From an uncultured Clostridia bacterium (GTDB taxonomy: Bacteria > Bacillota > Clostridia > Christensenellales > UBA1242), in contig CAKNRR010000002.1 of the NCBI GenBank assembly GCA_930990975.1, positions 129,663-193,662 of the forward strand: a stretch of DNA of 64,000 nucleotides. Reading direction: 5' to 3'. Position numbers and translations under genes: made by a program. Under the pieces are notes generated by a model that did not search any database, was not told the origin of the DNA, and saw only the letters and a program-made list of their open reading frames with translations. Below, one piece after another: positions 15,956-26,129 of this stretch; position 1 is the first letter of the stretch, and each line of letters opens with the position of its first letter.

Positions 15956-16363
15956 TTAAACATTTTCTCTTATATTATATTCATCAATATTCTCAACTTC
16001 CACATCAACATCTGATTTCTTAAGATTATATTTCAAAATGAAAGTTTCATAATATTCTTTGTCGATAGAGTAACCATTGTTTTCATAAAATTGTCTAACT
16101 ATTTTATCTTCTGTTTCTGGATAATATTTACCTTCTACAGCCTTGACAAAATGTTGAACACAGAAATTTTCAAAAAGTTTTAATAATGTTGAACCTATTT
16201 TCATATTTCTATATTCATCATTAACAAAAACTTTATAAAGCCATGCTGTATTTGATTTTAATTTGAAGGTGATGAATGCCACCTTTTTATCTTCAGCATA
16301 AACACTGATGTCAAAAACACCAGCATCATTTTCATTATATTTATACAGTAATTTGTTTTTCAT
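15956..16363 (-). CDS. GNAT family N-acetyltransferase
   Basis: 135 aa. Motif-A-like VFVNDEYRNMKIGSTLLKLFENF. A terminator hairpin (gtcgtg..cacgac plus T-run) lies downstream on the minus strand at ~15808-15835. Confidence 0.65.
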   Translation of the reverse strand: MKNKLLYKYNENDAGVFDISVYAEDKKVAFITFKLKSNTAWLYKVFVNDEYRNMKIGSTLLKLFENFCVQHFVKAVEGKYYPETEDKIVRQFYENNGYSIDKEYYETFILKYNLKKSDVDVEVENIDEYNIRENV

Positions 16364-16385
16364 TTTTCTTTTGTTTTCCGCTTAA

Positions 16386-16655
16386 TTAACCTTTTAACCC
16401 TTTCGCTTGACGAGGCATATTCTCAACAACGACATCATAAACTTCGCCAAGAGTACAACAATAATCAATAACTTTTCCTGGAGTATTTGTATGGAAATGA
16501 AGCTTAATAAGCTCTTCATCACCAACAACAAGCAAGCAATCCCCTTCAATATTTTCAGTTATATAATCTCTTATTTTATCGTCAGAAAGATTTTTACCTT
16601 CCAACAATAATTGAGTATCAAATGTATAATTAATTTCTTCAAAATCTTCGTCCAT
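16386..16655 (-). CDS. stand-alone mini-protein matching the central segment of DAK2-fusion protein YloV
   Basis: GDCLLVVGDEELIKLHFHTNTPGKVIDYCCTLGEVYDVVVENM matches the YloV signature GDSLVVVGD..KVHVHTN.PG.VL......G.L..IKIENM (from memory). Good SD (aaggag, 7 nt). There is no DhaL domain and no DegV-like C-terminus. Confidence 0.6.
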   Translation of the reverse strand: MDEDFEEINYTFDTQLLLEGKNLSDDKIRDYITENIEGDCLLVVGDEELIKLHFHTNTPGKVIDYCCTLGEVYDVVVENMPRQAKGLKG

Positions 16656-16675
16656 AATAATCTCCTTAAACCTTT

Positions 16676-17572
16676 TTAAAATAGATTTTCAATAAATTCT
16701 TCGCTATCAAACTTTTCCAAATCATCTGCTGTTTCGCCAACTCCAACGAAGACAACCGGCAAATGATAGTCCTTTTCTATAGCAACAACCACTCCTCCCT
16801 TTGCGGTGCCGTCGAGTTTTGTCAAAATTATTCCATCCAATTTAACAAATTCATTGAAGGCATTTATTTGATTTAAAGCATTCTGTCCAGTTGTTGCATC
16901 AAGAACTATAAAATTATATTTATTCGCTTCGGGGTATTCTCTATTGATAACCTTATCTATTTTTTTCAATTCTTCCATAAGATTTGTTTTTGTATGAAGT
17001 CTTCCAGCTGTATCCACCAACAATACATCTGTTTTTTTAGCTTTAGCACTTGAAATACCATCATATACCACCGCAGCAGCATCAGCTCCTTCAGCATGCT
17101 TTATAATTCTTGTTTTTGTTCGCTCAGCCCATTCATTCAATTGATTTGAAGCTGCCGCTCTAAATGTATCTCCAGCAACTAAAGTAACTTCTTTCTTCTC
17201 GTTTTTAAAATACTTAGCAAGTTTCCCTATTGTTGTAGTTTTTCCTACTCCATTTACGCCAATTATTGTTATTATAGCTGGGTATTTTATGTCAAGTTGT
17301 TCTAAAGATGAGAATTCTTCTTTTAATATTTCTTTCAATTCTTTTTTTACATCATCAGCGTTTCTTAGTTTGTTTTTTCTTGCCCTCACGCGCAAATTAT
17401 CTACAATATCCATACTGGTGCGAACACCTATATCACAAGATATCAATATATCTGTTAATTCATCATAGAAATCATCGTCAAGTTCTCCATGGCTAAGCAA
17501 TGAATCAATTCGCCTTGCAATAGCTTCTCTAGTCTTTTTTAACGCATTTCCTATTTTTTTAAAAATACCCAT
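16676..17572 (-). CDS. ftsY: signal recognition particle receptor FtsY
   Basis: NG domain: IGVNGVGKTTTIGKLA, VAGDTFRAAA, DTAGRL, TKLDGTAKGG. Directly follows smc, as in Bacillus. Confidence 0.93.
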   Translation of the reverse strand: MGIFKKIGNALKKTREAIARRIDSLLSHGELDDDFYDELTDILISCDIGVRTSMDIVDNLRVRARKNKLRNADDVKKELKEILKEEFSSLEQLDIKYPAIITIIGVNGVGKTTTIGKLAKYFKNEKKEVTLVAGDTFRAAASNQLNEWAERTKTRIIKHAEGADAAAVVYDGISSAKAKKTDVLLVDTAGRLHTKTNLMEELKKIDKVINREYPEANKYNFIVLDATTGQNALNQINAFNEFVKLDGIILTKLDGTAKGGVVVAIEKDYHLPVVFVGVGETADDLEKFDSEEFIENLF

Positions 17573-20500
17573 TTAACCCTCCTGAGCATGCTTAATAGCA
17601 TCTGAAAGAAGAACAGAAACAATTTTTGATACGCCCTTTTCTTCCATTGTTACACCAAACAAAGCATTTGCATATTCCATTGTTGGCTTCTTGTGTGTTA
17701 TAAGAATAAACTGTGTATCAGTAGATAGTTTCTTTAAATACTTATCTACAATCTCAACATTCGAATCATCAAGAGCTGCTTCAACTTCGTCGAATAAGCA
17801 GAATGGCAATGGTTTAATTCTCAATATAGCAAATATGACAGCCATTGCAGTCAATGATTTTTCTCCACCAGACAACAAAGTCATGTTTTGTATCTTCTTT
17901 CCTGGTGGTTGAGCATAAATTTCAACTCCGGACTCTAATGGATCTTGCTCATCTGCTAAAGCCAGTTTTGCAGTACCACCGCCAAACAGTTCTTTGAATG
18001 TCAACTTAAAGCTTTCGTTTATTCTATCAAGCTCATTATTGAATTTCTCAATCATAATAGTACTTAAATCTTTTATAATCTTATTAAGATCATCTTGTGC
18101 TTTTTCAAGATCTTGTGCTTGTCCATTCATATCATCATAACGATCAAGAAGTGCTTTGCAATCCTCAATAGCATTGACATTTACATAACCTAAAGCATTT
18201 ATATCTTTTTTCAATTTGCTTATTTCAGGCATTGCAACTTCTATATCAAAGTCTGCTCTTCTTAAATCTAAACAAGTTGTATAGGAAAGTGAATATTCTT
18301 CATAGATACGCTCTTGCATTTGTTCAAGTTCTGTATCAACTTTTGATAAATTCATCTCTTCTCTAAACTTCTTATCTCTCAAGTTTGAAAGTTCTGACAT
18401 CAAAGATGCCTTGTTGTTATCAAGATTTTTTATTTCTTCGCTTAACTTAGCTTTATCTGCTTCAACATTCTGTCTTTTTGCAACCTGTGCTTCAAGTTCA
18501 ACTTTCTTTTCTGAAGATGGAGCTGACGCAAGTTTTTGCTTAATCATTTCCTCACAAGAATTAATAAATTCTTCATTTTTGCTAATTTGTTCATTAACAC
18601 TTACTAAAGACATTTTAAGTCTTCCAACTTCATTATCGATTCTTTCAATATCACTTTCAACAGAATTGATTTTAGTCTTTGTTTCAGCTATTTCAACCTT
18701 TACAGAGAGGATATTGTTGTTGATTTTATCTCTTTCAACTCTCAACTTTTCAAATTTTTCTTTCTTCTCTTTAATAAGTTCATCTGCATCAACTTTATTT
18801 CCAGACAATGCACTTTCTACTTTTTCGGCTCTTGTCAGCTCTTCATTTATAAGTTTAAGTTTGTTTTCGACCGTAGTCTTTTCCATTTCTTCAACTTTTA
18901 AATTATCTTCTGTTTCTTCAAAGATTGATTTAAACTTATTCAATTTTTCTCTTTCTGAAGCTATTAAAATTTCGAGATTATTTTTCTTTTCATTGTATTC
19001 ATTAATTTTAGTTTTTTGATTAGAAAAATCATCATTTATTTCTTTTAACTCTTTATCAATATCATTAATTCTCTTTTGAAGTTTAATTATTTCTATTCCA
19101 AGAGTTTCAATTTCTCTTTCTCTTCCAATAAGATTTGAAGATTCAGCCTTTTTACTTCCTCCAGTCAAAGAGCCTTGAGGATTTACAACATCACCATCTA
19201 TAGTAACTATTCTAAAAGAATAACCACTAGATTTAGCTAAATTAACAGCTGTATATAAAGTATCAACAATTACAGTTCCACCAAGCAAGTTGCTTACAAC
19301 ATTATCAATCTTTTTGTCATAATCTACTAATGAACTAGCAACTCCAAAACAACCTGGTTTTCCAGCAATCAATCTTTGGTCAAAATCTCTTCTCTTCATT
19401 GATGTGATAGGTAAAAAGGTCGCCCTACCATAAGAATTATCTTTTAAAAACTTTATCAGATCTTTTGCGCCTTCCTCATCATAAGTTACGATGTTTTGAA
19501 CTGCCCCACCTAAAGCAACTTCAATTGCAGTTTCAAACTTTTCAGGAACTTTTATTAATGATGCTACAACACCAACAATTTTCTTTTTTAATTCACTATT
19601 TTTTTCACTTTCTCTAAGCAACTTTTTAATCGCATACGAATATCCTTCATATTCATTTTGCAAATCAGTTAAAAGTTTCTTTCTATTTTCAAACACCTTA
19701 ATTTGCGTATTAATGTTTGCCTTTTCAGTATCCAATTCTTTCAATCTTCTCTCAGCAATATAATTTTTGCTTGCAAGACTTTCTATATTGGCTTTAATAG
19801 TTGACAACTCATCTTCCTTGTCACCAAGCATACTCTTTGACTCATTATACAATTTTTCATTTTCTTGCTTACGATTAATTAAATTCTGGATATCCCCTCT
19901 TAAATTCCCTAAGCTGTTAGTTAAAAGTTCTTTTTCCGCAGTCAATCTAGATACAGAACTTTTAATATCACTTAAAGAACCTAAAGTTTCTATTACTTTT
20001 TGTTGGCTTTGCCCTGCTTCATCTTCGCTTAAAGCAAGTTCATTTGCTATAGTCAAATAACTGTTAGATAACTCTTCAAACGATTTTTCCAAAGCTTCCA
20101 AGTCATCTTTAAGCTTTTTATATGTTGTTTCCTTTAATTCTTTTTCTTCTTCAAAATTTTCAATTGCAGTTTCTGCATTAGATTTATCAAGATGAAGTCT
20201 ATCATTTTCTTTATATGTAAAGTTAATCCTTTCTCTTGCGAGTTTTGTTTCGCTTTCTTGCTTCTCCAAATTTATCGTCAATTCAAGAATTTTCTCATTT
20301 AAAGCAGCAAGCATTTTATCAAAATTAGTCAAATCAAACATGCTTTTATCATAGTCTTTATTAGCTTTATCAAGATCTTGCTCGCGCATCTCAATTTGTT
20401 TATTTACCGCATCAAGCTTAAGATTGATCTTCTCTTTGACATCATTTGCATTTTCGTATTGATAGATATAAGCATTGACTTCAAGGTCCTTCAATTTGCC

Positions 20501-21157
20501 CTTATATTCAAGGTATTTCTTTGCATTTTCTGCTTGTTTCTTTAAAGGCCCCATTTGACGCTCAATTTCACTCAAAATGTCTTTTACTCTTGTCAAGTTG
20601 TCACTAGTTCTCTCAAGCTTTCTTTCAGCTTCTCTTTTATCATTTTTATATTTAGAAATTCCAGCAGCATCTTCAAACATCGCCCTTCTACTTTCAGGCT
20701 TTGCATCGACAAGTTCTGTAACCTTACCTTGACTTACAACAGAATAACCATTCTTGCCAAGACCACTGTTATACAAAAGATTGGTAATATCTCTCAAATG
20801 GCAAGTGTTTCTATTAATCAAATATTCACTTTCACCAGACCTATACAACTTTCTTGTTATAGCAAGTTCATCATAATCAAAATTAAAAAATCTTGTAGTG
20901 TTATCAAATGTTAATGTAACTTCACAATAAGACAAGCTTTTTCTCTTTTCTGTTCCATTAAAAATAACATCTTGCATGCTATCACCACGCAAAGTTTTTG
21001 GACTTTGTTCGCCTAAAACCCATCGTATCGCATCAGATACATTACTTTTTCCGCATCCATTTGGTCCAACAATTGCCGTAAAATTATCACTAAACTCAAT
21101 CACAGTTCTATCCGCAAAAGATTTGAACCCAACCATTTCTATTTTTTTAAAAATCAT
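17573..21157 (-). CDS. smc: chromosome condensation/segregation ATPase SMC
   Basis: 1194 aa. N-terminal Walker A GPNGCGKSN, long coiled coils, a hinge (..FLPIT..), C-terminal LSGGEKSLTA and Walker B FCLFDEVEAALD. Confidence 0.95.
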   Translation of the reverse strand: MIFKKIEMVGFKSFADRTVIEFSDNFTAIVGPNGCGKSNVSDAIRWVLGEQSPKTLRGDSMQDVIFNGTEKRKSLSYCEVTLTFDNTTRFFNFDYDELAITRKLYRSGESEYLINRNTCHLRDITNLLYNSGLGKNGYSVVSQGKVTELVDAKPESRRAMFEDAAGISKYKNDKREAERKLERTSDNLTRVKDILSEIERQMGPLKKQAENAKKYLEYKGKLKDLEVNAYIYQYENANDVKEKINLKLDAVNKQIEMREQDLDKANKDYDKSMFDLTNFDKMLAALNEKILELTINLEKQESETKLARERINFTYKENDRLHLDKSNAETAIENFEEEKELKETTYKKLKDDLEALEKSFEELSNSYLTIANELALSEDEAGQSQQKVIETLGSLSDIKSSVSRLTAEKELLTNSLGNLRGDIQNLINRKQENEKLYNESKSMLGDKEDELSTIKANIESLASKNYIAERRLKELDTEKANINTQIKVFENRKKLLTDLQNEYEGYSYAIKKLLRESEKNSELKKKIVGVVASLIKVPEKFETAIEVALGGAVQNIVTYDEEGAKDLIKFLKDNSYGRATFLPITSMKRRDFDQRLIAGKPGCFGVASSLVDYDKKIDNVVSNLLGGTVIVDTLYTAVNLAKSSGYSFRIVTIDGDVVNPQGSLTGGSKKAESSNLIGREREIETLGIEIIKLQKRINDIDKELKEINDDFSNQKTKINEYNEKKNNLEILIASEREKLNKFKSIFEETEDNLKVEEMEKTTVENKLKLINEELTRAEKVESALSGNKVDADELIKEKKEKFEKLRVERDKINNNILSVKVEIAETKTKINSVESDIERIDNEVGRLKMSLVSVNEQISKNEEFINSCEEMIKQKLASAPSSEKKVELEAQVAKRQNVEADKAKLSEEIKNLDNNKASLMSELSNLRDKKFREEMNLSKVDTELEQMQERIYEEYSLSYTTCLDLRRADFDIEVAMPEISKLKKDINALGYVNVNAIEDCKALLDRYDDMNGQAQDLEKAQDDLNKIIKDLSTIMIEKFNNELDRINESFKLTFKELFGGGTAKLALADEQDPLESGVEIYAQPPGKKIQNMTLLSGGEKSLTAMAVIFAILRIKPLPFCLFDEVEAALDDSNVEIVDKYLKKLSTDTQFILITHKKPTMEYANALFGVTMEEKGVSKIVSVLLSDAIKHAQEG

Positions 21158-21280
21158 AACACTTTATCCTCATAAGAATTTACATAAATTTGAAAAATAT
21201 AATTTTCAACTCACATTTCATAGTATAGCAAAAAAGTTTTAATTTTTCAACAATAATTTATTTTGTACTTTAATTGAAAT

Positions 21281-21919
21281 TTAAATTAAAAACAACTTAT
21301 CAATTGCCAACTTTGCAGCCGCCTGTTCTGCTTCTATTTTGCTTTTGCCTGTTGCAGAAGAAATTTTGTCTTCATCCATATAAAAGCTTGAAATAAAGCC
21401 GCTTTCTGTTGGCTCTGTTATATATTGCATTTTGCACTTAAAATTACCTTGCACGAGTTCTTGCAACTTAGATTTATAATTGTCATCTACGACACTTTTA
21501 TAATTCGACAAATCAAAATTTTTTAATATGAATTTTCTTGCCTCTTCAATACCTTGAACGCCTGCATCAAGATAAATCGCTGCAATAATCGCCTCAACTA
21601 CATCGGCTTTGATTGCTTTAGATATTTCTCCTTGATAGCTCTTGCCTAGTTCAACATGTTCTTTTATATCTAATTTGTCAAAGATTTGAGCTAAATAATT
21701 TTCAGAAACATAATGGCTTCGTAGCACTGTTAACTTACCTTCAGATTGATCACAATTTTTAAAGAAATATTCTCCTACTAAAAAGTCTAAGATACTATCT
21801 CCCAAAAATTCTAACCTTTCATAATTTTCTTCAGATTTTGAAGAATGAGTTAACGCTCTATTAAGTAACCCTTTATCTTTAAACTTGTAATGTATTTTCA
21901 ATTTTCCTCCTAATAACAT
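21281..21919 (-). CDS. rnc: ribonuclease III
   Basis: ERLEFLGDSILDFLVGEYFF signature and a C-terminal dsRBD. Lies in the plsX-rnc-smc-ftsY order. Confidence 0.9.
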   Translation of the reverse strand: MLLGGKLKIHYKFKDKGLLNRALTHSSKSEENYERLEFLGDSILDFLVGEYFFKNCDQSEGKLTVLRSHYVSENYLAQIFDKLDIKEHVELGKSYQGEISKAIKADVVEAIIAAIYLDAGVQGIEEARKFILKNFDLSNYKSVVDDNYKSKLQELVQGNFKCKMQYITEPTESGFISSFYMDEDKISSATGKSKIEAEQAAAKLAIDKLFLI

Positions 21920-22118
21920 GACCTTTTCACTGTAACATAAAAATTTTGATATGTTAGACCAGTGTTACCACATAAATTTAACTCTTTAGCTAGCCATGAT
22001 AAGTAGACATTTATCTATAATTAATATCTATAAATAAGTTTTAATTTTGTTATTATATTATAACTTTATAACTTACTAATTAATAATATAAAAATTAAGT
22101 TAAAAAAAGAGGTAAAGC

Positions 22119-23138
22119 TTAAGCTTCACTATTTTCTTCTGTCAAATTTATCTTTGATATAGCTTCCTCAATTTTTTGATTTAAGTTGTTCTTATACAAA
22201 ACCATTGTTTGTTCTATTGATGCCAAAATATTATTTCTTGCACAAGAACCATGATTTTTTACAACAAGTTTTTTACAGCCAAGTAATGGTGAGCCTGCAT
22301 GTTTCTTTTGAATATCTACACGCTGTTTAATTTCTTTAAAAGTTCTACGCATAAATATAGCACCAATCATGCACCAGAAATGTGACTTTATGCTTTTCTT
22401 AAGTATTGAAACAACTGCAGAAACTGCGCCCTCTGTTCCTTTTAAAAGTGCGTTTCCAGCGAATCCGTCAGCAACCATTACATCAACATCGCCACTCATA
22501 AAATCACAGCCTTCTTTGTTCCCTATAAAATTTATTGGAGCATTTTTTAAAAGAGGGAAAGTTTCCTTCGCAAGTTCATTACCCTTTTCATCTTCACTAC
22601 CATTATTCAAAAGTGCAACTCTAGGATTTTCTTTATTATAAATAATTGAATAATAAGCAGAACCCATTAAAGCAAAATGTAACAGATTAATAGGTTTGCA
22701 ATCTATATTCGCACCACTATCAATTATAATAACATCGCTATCTTTTTTAGTTGGCAATATTGGAGCTAATGCAGGCCTTGAAATTCCTTTTATTCTACCA
22801 ATTTTCATGATAGCTCCAGCAAGAACAGCTCCTGTACTTCCAGCACTAACAAGCCCAATGACATCATCTCTATTCTTTAACACATCATAAGCTACTACTA
22901 ATGATGAATTCTTTTTGTGTCTTATTGCCTCTGTAGGAACATCATCATTTGTTATAACATCATCAGCATTGATTATTTCGATTCTTTCAGTTCTTCCGTT
23001 TAAAATTTCCTTTATCTTATCTTCTTTCCCACATAATACAACTTCTAAATCTTTATGTTTTTTTATTGCCAACACTGCTCCCTCTACTATCTCAAGAGGT
23101 GCATTATCTCCGCCAAAAGCATCTACAACTACTTTCAT
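22119..23138 (-). CDS. plsX: phosphate acyltransferase PlsX
   Basis: MKVVVDAFGGDNAP..., NGSEDEKGN, and GFAGNALLKG-type motifs. 339 aa. Confidence 0.92.
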   Translation of the reverse strand: MKVVVDAFGGDNAPLEIVEGAVLAIKKHKDLEVVLCGKEDKIKEILNGRTERIEIINADDVITNDDVPTEAIRHKKNSSLVVAYDVLKNRDDVIGLVSAGSTGAVLAGAIMKIGRIKGISRPALAPILPTKKDSDVIIIDSGANIDCKPINLLHFALMGSAYYSIIYNKENPRVALLNNGSEDEKGNELAKETFPLLKNAPINFIGNKEGCDFMSGDVDVMVADGFAGNALLKGTEGAVSAVVSILKKSIKSHFWCMIGAIFMRRTFKEIKQRVDIQKKHAGSPLLGCKKLVVKNHGSCARNNILASIEQTMVLYKNNLNQKIEEAISKINLTEENSEA

Positions 23139-23417
23139 GACAAACTTCTCCTTTATTCATCTCTTCAGTTTTAATCAAAATATCAATAATATGATACCAA
23201 AAATTAAGATGAAATGCAAACATATTATTCATCTTAATGAAATTTCTTTTATCTTGCTTGTTTTAAATTAAATCACATACATAACACTATATATGGTATT
23301 ATGTATGAAATATATAATACTCAATATTGTAAATTTAATATATTTAAGCAAATACAAACCCAAATCAAAGCAACAAAAAACTCTCGCAAATTTTGACGAG
23401 AGTTAACTAATTTATTC

Positions 23418-23609
23418 TTACTTTTTCTCTTCTTTCTTCTCTATTACGGTTTCACCTTTATAAGTTCCGCATTTTTTGCATACAGTATGAGGTTTTTTCA
23501 TCTCATGACATTGTGGACATTCAACGAGTGTTGGCATAACTGCTTTTGAATTTGCAGAATGTCTTGTATTTCTTCTTGCTTTTGAAACCTTATGTTTTGG
23601 AACTGCCAT
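23418..23609 (-). CDS. rpmF: 50S ribosomal protein L32
   Basis: MAVPKHKVSKARRNTRHS...CPQCHE..H.VCKKCG.Y. 63 aa. Confidence 0.92.
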   Translation of the reverse strand: MAVPKHKVSKARRNTRHSANSKAVMPTLVECPQCHEMKKPHTVCKKCGTYKGETVIEKKEEKK

Positions 23610-23774
23610 TTTATCCTCCTTAATTTATTAACATCATGCTATACAATTATATTTAAAATATATACAATTGTCAAGCATTTTGGCTAATTTATTTTTTACT
23701 ATATATTAAATAATTTTGTTTATTCATTTTTTGAATAATTTACTATTCTTATTTTATTATCAAACAACTTTAAA

Positions 23775-24974
23775 TTATTTAGTAACAAGCTCTTTTGTAT
23801 CTCTTGCAATCAACAATTCTTCATCAGTAGGAACTCTGAATACTTTTACTTTTGAATTTTTAGTACTAATTTCTTCTGCAGTACCTCTTGGTAAATTATT
23901 GTTCTTTTCTTTATCAATTTCAATACCAAAACATTCCATATTATCAAGAGATTCCTCACGCAAATCTTCTTGGTTCTCTCCTATTCCACCAGTAAATACT
24001 ATTGCGTCTACTCCACCTAATACAGCAATATAAGCTCCTATATATTTCTTAACTCTATAGATAAGCATATCTAAGGCTAATCTAGCGCGTTCATTTCCAG
24101 CAACAATTGCACTGTTAAGTTCTCTCATGTCACTTGACACTCCACTCACACCTAAGATACCACATTGCTTATTAAGATAATTTACAACCTCATCAGCTGT
24201 CATATTCTTTTTATCAGCAAGATAGCTTACAACTGCTGGGTCTAAATCTCCAGAACGAGTTCCCATAATAAGACCTTCAAGTGGAGTTAATCCCATAGTT
24301 GTATCAACGCTTTTACCATGATCTATAGCTGTTATTGAAGAGCCATTCCCCAAATGAACTGTAATCATTTTTAAATCTTTTTCGTCTTTACCTAAAAGTT
24401 TAGCTGTTTCTTTCATAACATAGCGGTGACTTGTTCCGTGAGCGCCATATTTTCTCACATGGTATTTTTCATAATCTTCATATTTTATTCCATACATATA
24501 AGCTTTTGCTGGCATTGTTGCATGGAATGATGTATCAAATACAGCCACTTGAGGTGTGTTTGGCATCAAAGCATAGCAACCTTTGTATCCTGCCAAGTTT
24601 GCTGGTGCATGAAGTGGAGAAATATCATATAATTTTGATTCTACTTCTTTTACAAAATTATCATCTATTACCACGCTTCTATCAAAAATCCATCCTCCTT
24701 GAACAAATCTATGACCTATTGCATCAATTTCAGAAAGATCTTTTATCACTTGTTCTTTATTTATTAAGATATCAAAGACTTTTTCAACAGCCACTGTATG
24801 ATTTGGCAAATCAACAAAAATCTCTTTTTTATCCCCTGTTGTTTTATAACCTATAAATGAATTTTCTAATCCAATTTTTTCACAATTTCCTTTTGCTATA
24901 ACCTTTTCATTGTCCATATCAAAAAGTTGAAATTTTAATGATGAACTTCCTGCATTTATAACTAATATTTTCAT
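23775..24974 (-). CDS. ackA: acetate kinase
   Basis: MKILVINAGSSSLKFQLF, IGHRFVQGG, HLGNGSSI, and FTGGIGEN-type motifs. Confidence 0.94.
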   Translation of the reverse strand: MKILVINAGSSSLKFQLFDMDNEKVIAKGNCEKIGLENSFIGYKTTGDKKEIFVDLPNHTVAVEKVFDILINKEQVIKDLSEIDAIGHRFVQGGWIFDRSVVIDDNFVKEVESKLYDISPLHAPANLAGYKGCYALMPNTPQVAVFDTSFHATMPAKAYMYGIKYEDYEKYHVRKYGAHGTSHRYVMKETAKLLGKDEKDLKMITVHLGNGSSITAIDHGKSVDTTMGLTPLEGLIMGTRSGDLDPAVVSYLADKKNMTADEVVNYLNKQCGILGVSGVSSDMRELNSAIVAGNERARLALDMLIYRVKKYIGAYIAVLGGVDAIVFTGGIGENQEDLREESLDNMECFGIEIDKEKNNNLPRGTAEEISTKNSKVKVFRVPTDEELLIARDTKELVTK

Positions 24975-25957
24975 TATTTTTCCTCCTTAACTGTTTGTAA
25001 TGCTGTTACTGCTGTTACTGTAACAATGTCTTCTACTGTGCAGCCGCGTGATAAATCATTAACTGGTTTATTTAATCCTTGCAAAATTGGGCCTATTGCA
25101 TTAACGCCTCCCATATATTGCATAGCTTTATAACATATATTTCCACTATTAAGATCAGGGAATATCAAAATATTTGCATCGCCTTTCAATGGGCTTTCTG
25201 GTGCTTTATGCTTTGCAACATTTTCAACCATAGCAGCATCAAACTGCAACTCTCCATCACAAGGAATGTTTGTCTTTTTAAACATTTCATACGCTTTTCT
25301 TACAACATCAATACTTGCATCTTCTGCAGACCCTTTTGTAGAAAAAGATAAGAAAGCGACTTTAGGATCATTAAATCCTAGACTTTTATAAGTTTCAACG
25401 CTTTGGCAAGCTATTTGATATAATTCATTTTCGTCAGGATGAATCATTACACCACAATCAGAGAGAATCAAACATTTATCCTTTAAAAACTTGTTTTTAC
25501 CAAACATTATAAAGCAAGATGAAACAATACCACCTTTTTGTTTAGCTTTTATAACTTGCAAGGCTGGTCTTACAGTATTTGCTGTTGAAGCTTCTGCTCC
25601 CGCAACCATACCATCTGCCATTCCAGCGTCAACCAACAATGTTGCAAAGTAATATGGATCCAAAGCAAGTTCTTCTGCCTGCTCTTTTGTCATACCCTTA
25701 GCCTTTCTTTTCTCATATAATCTATTTACCATTTCTTCTCTATTTTGAAAAGTTTTAGGATTTATTATTTGAAAGTTGATGAGTGACTTATCTCTTAAAA
25801 TAAGAGCACTTTCATCTCCGATTAATATAGGTTTTGCAATGCCTTTTTTCTGAATTATTTTTACAGCCTCTAAAGTTCTATCACTAAAACCTGCCTCTGG
25901 AAAAACAATAGTTTTCTGCAACGCCTTGGCTTTTTTATATAGTTCTTTATTCTTCAT
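24974..25957 (-). CDS. pta: phosphate acetyltransferase
   Basis: 327 aa PTA_PTB domain (..IVFPEA.D.R.L.A.., GMVAGA.., SDCG). Its stop overlaps the ackA start. Confidence 0.9.
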   Translation of the reverse strand: MKNKELYKKAKALQKTIVFPEAGFSDRTLEAVKIIQKKGIAKPILIGDESALILRDKSLINFQIINPKTFQNREEMVNRLYEKRKAKGMTKEQAEELALDPYYFATLLVDAGMADGMVAGAEASTANTVRPALQVIKAKQKGGIVSSCFIMFGKNKFLKDKCLILSDCGVMIHPDENELYQIACQSVETYKSLGFNDPKVAFLSFSTKGSAEDASIDVVRKAYEMFKKTNIPCDGELQFDAAMVENVAKHKAPESPLKGDANILIFPDLNSGNICYKAMQYMGGVNAIGPILQGLNKPVNDLSRGCTVEDIVTVTAVTALQTVKEEK

Positions 25958-26129
25958 ATCATAAACCTCTTAAAATAAAAATAAATTATAATATTATTTA
26001 TAAATTACCATTGATTTTTAAATATACTTTTTAATATTTATTGCTATTTAAAAATTTTATTATACTTAATATTAACAATTTTTATTATATTATTTTAAAT
26101 ATTTTTTGTCAAATCATTAGGAGTTATAT

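Noticed and set aside
17691-20914. Many plus-strand ORFs of 60-200 aa inside smc (for example 18411..19019, 19767..20060, 20555..20914). Similar antisense ORFs occur inside mutS, ftsK, ackA, plsX, scpA, the TM2 gene and rarA.
   Set aside because: They lie antisense to long genes with unmistakable conserved motifs. Their translations are Ser/Leu/Phe-rich low-complexity sequences typical of the reverse strand of Lys/Glu-rich coding DNA. None has an SD.
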